Sequence record: OP999020.1
Strand: one strand, 5' to 3'
DNA length: 23,609 nt
Positions 17,471 through 23,609 of this stretch are shown one piece after another; the first letter of the stretch is position 1, and every line of letters begins with the position of its first letter. The translations under genes and the position numbers were made by a program. The notes under the pieces are model-generated. The model was not told the origin of the DNA, ran no database searches, and saw only the letters and a program-made list of their open reading frames with translations.

Positions 17471-17540
17471 AATTCTTACTTGTTGAACATATTTTGGTAA
17501 ATCTGCTGAATTGTCATGACAATTCTACCAATTTGGAGAA
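17471..17540 (+). repeat. Copy C of the dispersed element, with a perfect 18-bp palindrome
   Basis: 58/70 identity to 5784-5853; GAATTGTCATGACAATTC at 17508-17525. Confidence 0.85.
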
Positions 17541-17580
17541 AAAGCTAGTCTTTTTTAATTCATTGTGTTTACTTAAACCT

Positions 17581-18081
17581 ATGAGTGAGATAACTCCATC
17601 AGACCCACTGCAACGTATCTCATCTAATTTTATAATAATATTGAATAGTTTACCGCCTGCATATCAATCAGAAACAATACAATACATTAAGACAACTCTA
17701 CTCAACAACGGCCTACAGCAAATTGTGCCACAATCTTTTAGTCAATTAGTTCCCTCTACTACTCCAGCAGCTATTCTTTCATCTATCCAAAAAGAAATAA
17801 CTACTGGACAAGGTGAGAAAATAAAAATACAGCAGTTACCAACATTAGTAGAGCAAACGCAAAACCTAATTGAGCAACTGCCGTCAGTAATTTCAAGAAC
17901 TCAACTGAGTGTTGAAGAAACGCCTGCAGTGCTTGCAGCAATTATTGCTGTACCATATATTAAACAAAATATTTTACCAAAGGTTATTCAAACATCATCT
18001 AGTTCAATAAAGCAACTGCCTAGTGTGCTTGGTAATACTGACAGTGAAGTTTTAATATCGCCATTAGTAGTAAACCAATAA
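17581..18081 (+). CDS. Hypothetical protein, 166 aa (MSEITPSDPLQ...), with recurring QLP(S/T)(V/L) motifs
   Basis: The track's start at 17419 runs through the non-coding repeat element. ATG 17581 lies 23 nt after TTTTTTA (17551-17557). Confidence 0.78.
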   Translation: MSEITPSDPLQRISSNFIIILNSLPPAYQSETIQYIKTTLLNNGLQQIVPQSFSQLVPSTTPAAILSSIQKEITTGQGEKIKIQQLPTLVEQTQNLIEQLPSVISRTQLSVEETPAVLAAIIAVPYIKQNILPKVIQTSSSSIKQLPSVLGNTDSEVLISPLVVNQ

Positions 18082-18103
18082 AAGAAGAAGAATTTTAAAA
18101 AAA
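18082..18103 (-). terminator. Putative U-rich terminator of the 126-aa gene
   Basis: The minus strand reads T7 followed by ATTCTTCTTCTT. Oligo-T/pyrimidine tracts are the established Sulfolobales termination signal. Confidence 0.55.
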
Positions 18104-18132
18104 TCAAAAATATCTTTTTTGTTTTTTATTGT

Positions 18133-18513
18133 TTATGATTTGAAGAAGTTCAGTAGATACTTTATTGCTACACCGATTGCTGCTATTATTACTACTATTA
18201 TTACAATTTCGAAGATTGTGGATGATAAGCTAAGCGTGTTATTGATACCTTGTGTAACTTTCGTAGATATGTTACTATTTGCTGGTAATGTTGGGACTAA
18301 TGTTCCTCCAAGTATACCTATTAAGAAATATGCTACTACAATTAGAACAATGACAACGACTGCAGCCTTGGCAATGTTTAGGAAAGTATCACTATTAAAT
18401 TCTCCGCCACCGCCGCCTCCTCCACCGCCGCTTGATGATTTATAGAATCTTCCCAGCTTCTTTGTTGCCTTGGCTACTGCGTTATTGTAGGCATTTGTGA
18501 ATCCTCTTACCAT
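18133..18513 (-). CDS. Small hydrophobic two-helix hairpin protein, candidate spindle-shell major capsid protein (SMV1/SSV VP1-like architecture)
   Basis: 126 aa: basic N-terminal leader, Gly9 linker, two long hydrophobic helices, and a loop with N-glycosylation sequons (NIS, NNT). It is divergent from, and shares a symmetric promoter with, the p131-like gene. The structural assignment is inferred from architecture. Confidence 0.7.
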   Translation of the reverse strand: MVRGFTNAYNNAVAKATKKLGRFYKSSSGGGGGGGGGEFNSDTFLNIAKAAVVVIVLIVVAYFLIGILGGTLVPTLPANSNISTKVTQGINNTLSLSSTIFEIVIIVVIIAAIGVAIKYLLNFFKS

Positions 18514-18627
18514 GTTCTCTCGATTTTTTCTATATTGGTTAAAGTATAAAAAGACTCCTTAAACACGCTAACAATGGCTTAACGAGTCTTTTTATATTGC
18601 ATTTAAAAAAAGGTTTATTGAGCAAAA
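18514..18627. promoter_or_regulatory. Symmetric divergent promoter with a 13-bp perfect inverted repeat
   Basis: TATAAAAAGACTC (18545-18557) and GAGTCTTTTTATA (18584-18596). Each arm ends exactly 31 nt before its ATG (18513 and 18628). Confidence 0.8.
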
Positions 18628-19059
18628 ATGGCAAGAGAGGAACCATACAAGGGCGACTATGTAGGAGGAGTAGCTAAGGTATTACAAGGCTATTTTGCAA
18701 ACTACTATGGATACCCCGACGTTTCATTAAAGTTAGCTGGTGAAGAAGCAAATCTTAGTAGAACCGGGCATGCAAATGCAAAAGAAATAGTACATGAAAT
18801 GATAAAAACAATTAGAGAAGCTTCAAAACCAATAAGAAGAGGAAAAGGCTTCAAAGATGCATGGGTATATTTCAGTCAAGTTCCAGATAATGCACCACCT
18901 AACAGCACGGCATTACCACCAAATATTGCTCAGGCTGTACAACAGAGACTACAGGCATTATACTCACAGTTACTATCTACAAGAGCGGCTGCTAGTGAGG
19001 CAGCAAAAGCCCCAGCTTTCTCTCCTTCTCAAAGCTTAACTATGCCAGCTAATATGTAA
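18628..19059 (+). CDS. Bicaudavirus major virion protein, ATV p131 / STSV major structural protein family, 143 aa
   Basis: The N-terminus [42 protein letters not shown] matches the p131-family signature as I recall it (KGDY.GG..K...[13 protein letters not shown]). Confidence 0.88.
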   Translation: MAREEPYKGDYVGGVAKVLQGYFANYYGYPDVSLKLAGEEANLSRTGHANAKEIVHEMIKTIREASKPIRRGKGFKDAWVYFSQVPDNAPPNSTALPPNIAQAVQQRLQALYSQLLSTRAAASEAAKAPAFSPSQSLTMPANM

Positions 19060-19077
19060 AAAAGAAAGCTAAACTAA

Positions 19078-19107
19078 TTTTTTTATTTATATTTTATTCT
19101 TCTTCTT
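19078..19107 (+). terminator. Putative U-rich terminator of the 143-aa gene
   Basis: T7 (19078-19084) followed by ATTCTTCTTCTT (19096-19107), the same 12-mer that follows the divergent partner gene. Confidence 0.55.
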
Positions 19108-19148
19108 CTCAAGAAGGCTTTTTTATCTTTATAGTAGTAAGTTTAAGT

Positions 19149-21374
19149 ATGAAGTTTCAAAGAAGGTATTTATTCGTGTTAGCTTTTCTGATCTTTGTGG
19201 TTTCAACAATTGCCTCTGCGGCTATTCAACAAATAAACATCTTAATCAACATCCCACCATCATTAACTGGAAACAATTTGTTCTTTGTTATTCCATTGAA
19301 AACTAATAATAACATAATAACCAATAATAACTTTTACGTTATCAATAATTATGGCTATTATGAATACTCTTATCTTTTCTCATCCACTCCACCATTATTA
19401 ACAGTATACCAAGCACAGGCTACAAACACAACATATTATGTTACGTTTGGAAACGGAATAATACCACAATATGTCACAACTAATATATACTCGAACCTTT
19501 TCACATTCTATCTGATAAATACTACAATTTTTAATGTAAGTGGTGTTTCAGCAAGCGCTGGAATTGCGACCTTTGCAAACGATAGTCACCTTTGGTTCCA
19601 ACCATCTACGGTACGTTATGTTCCATCATCTGTCCTATTCCTTTACAATATTTTACCATCTGCAACCTTATCCGTTAGTCCATTAATATACTCTGGCCAA
19701 CCACTACAAGCTGGTGCTGCAGTATTCTTTAACCTATTTCAATCATCAACAACATACACATTCTCAGCGCAATATTTGAACGTACCTTACCTTTTCCTAA
19801 ATTATCTACAATATCCTACCCTACAAATAACTAACAATCATGTATCAATCAATGATTTCCCACCAGTGCCAGTGAAGCCAGTTTCCGAAGTGATAGTAAC
19901 TCAAAATGAAACAGTCATATCAAACGTGACTTTCCATACTACTCCAATTATCACTCCTTCATCATCGTTCTCAACGACTTATATAGCAACCTTTGCATCA
20001 ATCTATTCCCAGGCCGGTTCATTTGTATATGGTTTAGCCTCATTGATCTTCACTCAATCAATGATAAATGGTTCTAATCTCTACGCATTAGAAAATGGAA
20101 AATTTGTAACTGTAGGTGCTGCACCAACATCCTTATCCTTAGTTAATAATCCACAAATGTTTGTAGTAAACTTAGGTAATAATCCAAAGAACGTAACACT
20201 ATATGGAGTTCCAATAGGTTCTACGGTTGCTGTAACGTATTCAAATGGTACATCTAAAACGTTTATTGCACAAGGGCAAGTAGTTAATACTGTTGGCCCA
20301 TTGAAGTTAACTAATTATGGTATTCCAGCTGGTAGTGGAATTACTACAATGTCAATCACTTTGCCAGGCTCTCAAGAAATTTACACTGCACAAATAGGCT
20401 TTACCGATTTCGTTCACGCCTTTTATATAAATTTAACTAATGGTTTTGCGAGTGTAGATGTTAATGGTACGCAATTGGTTACACTTGGGCAAGTAGTTTT
20501 ACCAGCAAATGTTGTCATAGGAACACAGCAAGTTGGTTCAAACACTTACCTTCTTGGCCTTGTGCAGTCATATACTGGGCAAGTTTATAACTTCTTAGTA
20601 CCACTAAACTATCCAGTTTATAATGTTGTACCTTACGTAAAATATGTTACATATACCGGACAACCATTATTATTAACGGAAATAGGCGTTTATCCAGCAA
20701 ATGGCCTATTCTATACTCTGAATGGGCAACTTATACTTAGTGTTTCAACACCTTATTCAATTACTGCTACGGTGGAAACAATAGTTACATCGCCTGGCTT
20801 AACAGTTATGGTTAATAATGGTAAAGTAAACGTTTATACTAATTCTTCTGCATCTTCTTCAAATTTGGTAATAGAAGGGGCAAATGGTTACCAGCTACAG
20901 TTGATTTACCAAAACGTGCAAACTAATACACCAATAACATCAAACTATTACCCAGTTCAAATACCTTCTAATATGCCTGCCCTAGTTTCAATTGACCCAT
21001 CGTCGAGAGTAATAGTTGTTAATGCTAATGCTATCCAACAGCAACAGGCACAATATATTAGTCAAAAAGTAACTCTCAATCAACCATTAAACGTAACAAT
21101 AACCGCATTGCAAATTACGCCCCTAAAAGTACAATTACCACAAATAATGAATACTAACCAAATAGTTCAAATTACCACATACTATGCTTATGCAGCATTT
21201 GGGATTTATCTGATAAATAGAAATCTTGAAATCACAAACACGTTATGGTATGGATCAATGCTTTTGAGCTTACTTGGATTCATTGTAGCTATAATCGTTT
21301 CAAATCCAGCATTAATAACTGGCTCAATTTTCTTGCTTGTAGCTAGCTTTGGTTTGAGGTATTTTGGAAAATAG
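19149..21374 (+). CDS. Secreted, membrane-anchored beta-rich glycoprotein, 741 aa; candidate adhesion or receptor-binding virion protein
   Basis: Signal peptide (MKFQRRYLFVLAFLIFVVSTIASA), T/V/Y/N/S-rich charge-poor body, 13 N-X-S/T sequons counted, and C-terminal hydrophobic helices. TTTTTTA (19119-19125) lies 23 nt before the ATG. Confidence 0.85.
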   Translation: MKFQRRYLFVLAFLIFVVSTIASAAIQQINILINIPPSLTGNNLFFVIPLKTNNNIITNNNFYVINNYGYYEYSYLFSSTPPLLTVYQAQATNTTYYVTFGNGIIPQYVTTNIYSNLFTFYLINTTIFNVSGVSASAGIATFANDSHLWFQPSTVRYVPSSVLFLYNILPSATLSVSPLIYSGQPLQAGAAVFFNLFQSSTTYTFSAQYLNVPYLFLNYLQYPTLQITNNHVSINDFPPVPVKPVSEVIVTQNETVISNVTFHTTPIITPSSSFSTTYIATFASIYSQAGSFVYGLASLIFTQSMINGSNLYALENGKFVTVGAAPTSLSLVNNPQMFVVNLGNNPKNVTLYGVPIGSTVAVTYSNGTSKTFIAQGQVVNTVGPLKLTNYGIPAGSGITTMSITLPGSQEIYTAQIGFTDFVHAFYINLTNGFASVDVNGTQLVTLGQVVLPANVVIGTQQVGSNTYLLGLVQSYTGQVYNFLVPLNYPVYNVVPYVKYVTYTGQPLLLTEIGVYPANGLFYTLNGQLILSVSTPYSITATVETIVTSPGLTVMVNNGKVNVYTNSSASSSNLVIEGANGYQLQLIYQNVQTNTPITSNYYPVQIPSNMPALVSIDPSSRVIVVNANAIQQQQAQYISQKVTLNQPLNVTITALQITPLKVQLPQIMNTNQIVQITTYYAYAAFGIYLINRNLEITNTLWYGSMLLSLLGFIVAIIVSNPALITGSIFLLVASFGLRYFGK

Positions 21375-21377
21375 GGA

Positions 21378-21980
21378 TTAGAAAAACATTGGCCTTGCAT
21401 TTAATAACTCTGATCTATATATGAAGAATGATTTTGGTGCTAAAAATATCAATTCTGCATCTCTTGTCATTGGGTCAAAATGCGCATAACCAAACAATTC
21501 GTGCTGTAACTTCCATTTTTCCTTATCTACAGAGACAGTGAAGTAGTTTTCCATTGAAAACTGTGATGCTGGTGTAAGTGTTTCAGTAAATACACATTGT
21601 TCGCTATTTATTTGATCACAAATTGTGAATAGTTTTCGTAATACTCTTGGCCTCTTATCTTTTTGTTTAAGTTTCTCTAATTTTTCTAATATGTTATCTG
21701 AGAGATTAGCACGTATATAAACTAAAACCTTTGCTGGTTCATAGTTTGCCAATGTACTAATGAATACTGAGAGATCAATTGGTGTTTGCATACGTATTTT
21801 ATATACATGTTTTAGTTCTCCCGTCAAGATAAAGCCAAAAGGATGAGCTTTCTTTATCAATGGTTTTAGTATATGCAACTTAGGCTTCTTGTAGGACTTT
21901 AAGATATCAACCGTATAGGGCAAATATGAGAGCCTAGGTGTTAAGGTTGGTTTTGGTTTCGATTTTTTAAAGAAAGGCAT
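21378..21980 (-). CDS. Hypothetical basic protein, about 200 aa
   Basis: ORF track gives 21378..21989 from GTG. ATG at 21980 (MPFFKK) follows GGGGCGTGA and lies just past the upstream stop. Confidence 0.75.
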   Translation of the reverse strand: MPFFKKSKPKPTLTPRLSYLPYTVDILKSYKKPKLHILKPLIKKAHPFGFILTGELKHVYKIRMQTPIDLSVFISTLANYEPAKVLVYIRANLSDNILEKLEKLKQKDKRPRVLRKLFTICDQINSEQCVFTETLTPASQFSMENYFTVSVDKEKWKLQHELFGYAHFDPMTRDAELIFLAPKSFFIYRSELLNARPMFF

Positions 21981-21981
21981 G

Positions 21982-22464
21982 TCATTCACGCCCCAATAAT
22001 GTATACTTTGGGTAACTTTTGGGTACTTTTTCGCATGGAACTATGTAAATGCGCAAGATATCTTCCAGTCTTGCATCATCTGTAACTATTGTTTTAGTTT
22101 GATGAACTTCAATACAAGTTTCCCCTTCTTTGTGATCACTAGTAGTATATGTAATTTTGATTATAACTTGATTTATATCATTAAGAGGATATGATTTTAC
22201 AGAAGTGACTACAGCATCTTTTGGGACAGGATAAAGTAAGCTGAGCTTGCTAATAAGGCCACTAACTACTGTGAACTTGATAAATTCACGCCTTTTTGGA
22301 TCATCAAAAGACTCTAAAAATAGGTTTAAATCAAATGGAAATGACCTAGGAGGATTTGCATCGAGGAGTAACACGTTTTTAAAAATTTGAACAACATCAG
22401 CAATATCAATTGAAGAATCTCGGTTTTGTTTACTAGCTTTTCGATCAGTTGTAGCTTCTGACAC
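21982..22464 (-). CDS. Hypothetical protein, 160 aa
   Basis: ORF track call with a GTG start, in a co-directional minus-strand cluster with the flanking genes. Confidence 0.75.
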   Translation of the reverse strand: MSEATTDRKASKQNRDSSIDIADVVQIFKNVLLLDANPPRSFPFDLNLFLESFDDPKRREFIKFTVVSGLISKLSLLYPVPKDAVVTSVKSYPLNDINQVIIKITYTTSDHKEGETCIEVHQTKTIVTDDARLEDILRIYIVPCEKVPKSYPKYTLLGRE

Positions 22465-22496
22465 ATTTATTGATTATATTATTGAGTTTATATTTG

Positions 22497-22820
22497 TTAT
22501 GATTCTTGTCTTCTTATTGCAACAGCTAAACCTAATATGAATAAAGTAACGAAGAAAAGGACAACCAAGAGTACAATTATATCTAACGATACACTTCCCT
22601 GCGCTTCAAATGCTTTCTGTTGTTGTATCGCCTTATTATAATATTGTTCTCCTTCTGTTGAAAAGTTGCTAGTAATTTGATAGCCAAGGTTATCAATCTT
22701 TGTCACTTGTGCAAGTATAAGGTCGGCCAAAAAGTATATTGTTGGGACGAAAATAGCCAAGACTATCAGTACCTTTAAATAAGCAGATGGCAGCTTTAGC
22801 GGATTATCGCCACTACTCAT
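22497..22820 (-). CDS. Small two-TM hairpin membrane protein, 107 aa; possible minor capsid or envelope protein
   Basis: Two hydrophobic helices, a polar loop with an NFS sequon, and a basic C-terminus (IRRQES). Confidence 0.78.
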   Translation of the reverse strand: MSSGDNPLKLPSAYLKVLIVLAIFVPTIYFLADLILAQVTKIDNLGYQITSNFSTEGEQYYNKAIQQQKAFEAQGSVSLDIIVLLVVLFFVTLFILGLAVAIRRQES

Positions 22821-22851
22821 ACTTTTAAATTCACATTACACATTATTAAAT
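22821..22851. promoter_or_regulatory. 31-bp back-to-back bidirectional promoter
   Basis: TTTTAAAT (22823-22830) lies about 24 nt before ATG 22852. TTTAATA on the minus strand (22850-22844) lies about 24 nt before ATG 22820. A CACATTA tandem repeat lies between the two boxes. Confidence 0.5.
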
Positions 22852-23223
22852 ATGCAATTAAAAGCTAGTAATTCATCACCACCACCATATTCAACAACAA
22901 CGTTTATAGTTCTCCTTATCTTAGCCCCAATAATCACATTATTACTTTACTATTTCTTTTCTCTTATGATTCCGCAATTCCTTAAAGCCAATAACCAGTT
23001 AGCGGTAGTATTATCAAATGTTACAAATAATAAGCTAAATAATTATAGTGTTGGTAATGTAACTGTTCAATATTTGAATGGTAGTTATAATAGTGCAGTA
23101 AACCCAATAGCAGCAACAGTAGCATTCTTTTCATACTTGCTAACTAGCCCATATACAATAGCAATACTGTTTGGTATTGCATTAATTTTTTACGCGCTAT
23201 TCTCGATTAGAAGAAAAGGCTAA
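22852..23223 (+). CDS. Small two-TM hairpin glycoprotein, 123 aa; possible minor capsid or envelope protein
   Basis: Two hydrophobic helices, a loop with four sequons (NVT, NYS, NVT, NGS), and a basic C-terminus (IRRKG). Confidence 0.8.
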   Translation: MQLKASNSSPPPYSTTTFIVLLILAPIITLLLYYFFSLMIPQFLKANNQLAVVLSNVTNNKLNNYSVGNVTVQYLNGSYNSAVNPIAATVAFFSYLLTSPYTIAILFGIALIFYALFSIRRKG

Positions 23224-23257
23224 AGATTTTTTATGTTCTTTTTTCTTAATCATATTT

Positions 23258-23371
23258 ATGGCGAAAAAAGATAATGAAAAACAACAAACCATAAGAGAAA
23301 CTGAGAAAGTAGTTATCGCAAGATTAGATCCTCTAATTATTACTAAAAGTTTAGAACAGGCAAAAGACTAA
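23258..23371 (+). CDS. Small 37-aa ORF (MAKKDNEKQQTIRETEKVVIARLDPLIITKSLEQAKD), possibly truncated by the adjacent IS
   Basis: Not in the ORF track. The ATG lies 24 nt after TTTTTTA (23227-23233) and the stop abuts the tnpB element end. Confidence 0.4.
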   Translation: MAKKDNEKQQTIRETEKVVIARLDPLIITKSLEQAKD

Positions 23372-23500
23372 AGATTTCCTTGTCACCCCACAGTTAGAAG
23401 GGGATGTTGGGCCTCAACCTTACGGTTCACTATGGTTACTAACCACTCCACGTAAGGGTCATGGGCCCCCTTCGAGCCCCAAGGCATGAGGCTCACATCT
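23372..23500 (-). ncRNA. Putative TnpB omega-RNA (reRNA) scaffold overlapping the tnpB 3' end
   Basis: Nested stems on the minus strand: GAGCCTCA/TGGGGCTC (23494-23474), GGGCC/GGCCC enclosing CCTTACG/CGTAAGG and TGGTTA/TAACCA (23468-23409), and a terminal CCCC/GGGG hairpin. It is established that omega-RNAs derive from the tnpB 3' end and right end. Boundaries are approximate. Confidence 0.6.
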
Positions 23501-23607
23501 AATTTTTTAGCAATATTCCACGCTGCTATAACGTCCCTATCATGCGTAAAGCCACATTTCTTGCATTTTAGAATTCTAGGTTTCCAGCCTTTTCTCTGGG
23601 CCTTGCC
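23383..23607 (-). CDS. tnpB: TnpB RNA-guided endonuclease, C-terminal 74 aa (partial)
   Basis: Minus-strand translation GKAQRKGWKPRILKCKKCGFTHDRDVIAAWNIAKKLDVSLMPWGSKGAHDPYVEWLVTIVNRKVEAQHPLLTVG*. It contains the zinc-ribbon CxxCG and the RuvC-III DRDxxAAxNI signature. Not in the ORF track. Confidence 0.9.
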   Translation of the reverse strand, partial: GKAQRKGWKPRILKCKKCGFTHDRDVIAAWNIAKKLDVSLMPWGSKGAHDPYVEWLVTIVNRKVEAQHPLLTVG

Positions 23608-23609
23608 AG

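Larger units (their letters stand above)
23372..23609 (-). mobile_element. Right end of an IS200/IS605-family element, continuing beyond the window
   Basis: tnpB C-terminus, GC-richer sequence than the flanks, and a subterminal hairpin (CATCCCC...GGGGTG on the minus strand). The exact right-end junction is uncertain (about 23372-23385). Confidence 0.8.

Noticed and set aside
17419-17580. N-terminal 54-aa extension of the 17419..18081 ORF
   Set aside because: It runs through the non-coding repeat element (copy C), and promoter geometry supports ATG 17581.
17261-19125. Similar words CTCAGAAGGCTTTTT (17261) and CTCAAGAAGGCTTTTTT (19108)
   Set aside because: There are only two short occurrences, in inconsistent orientation relative to downstream genes, which is insufficient to call a motif.
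18119-21400. ORFs 18119..18445 (+, poly-Pro), 18857..19039 (+) and 21206..21400 (-)
   Set aside because: The poly-Pro is the antisense reading of the Gly9 codons. The other two overlap stronger genes in another frame or strand.
22326-22466. Out-of-frame ATG (22466) overlapping the GTG start of the 160-aa gene, opening a 46-codon frame
   Set aside because: The in-frame GTG gives an intact protein, and there is no independent evidence for a frameshift or a functional overlapping peptide.
1-23609. tRNA/rRNA genes, integrase/att sites, DNA polymerase, or defence-system genes
   Set aside because: None is recognisable in this window, so whether this is a free viral genome or an integrated provirus cannot be determined here.

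Overview
This AT-rich window is most likely part of the genome of a large spindle-shaped virus of Sulfolobales (Bicaudaviridae, STSV1/STSV2-like). The family call rests on my recognising 18628..19059 as an ATV p131/STSV major-virion-protein homologue from memory; no database search was run. Bases 1-5762 hold a + strand accessory block: a protein with four tandem ribbon-helix-helix (RHH)-like domains, a Wzx/MOP-type flippase, a dUTPase/dCTP-deaminase-family enzyme and several hypothetical genes. Bases 5932-23223 form a virion/morphogenesis module: a 2346-aa bipartite giant protein, an 890-aa repeat protein, the p131-like protein, three small two-helix hydrophobic proteins, a 741-aa secreted glycoprotein, and a 166-aa membrane protein whose frame appears to begin at ACG. 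The window ends in the 3' end of an IS200/IS605-family tnpB with a structured omega-RNA-like region. The most notable non-coding signals are a symmetric divergent promoter/terminator cassette linking the two capsid-type genes and a dispersed 45-70 bp element found at four intergenic sites.
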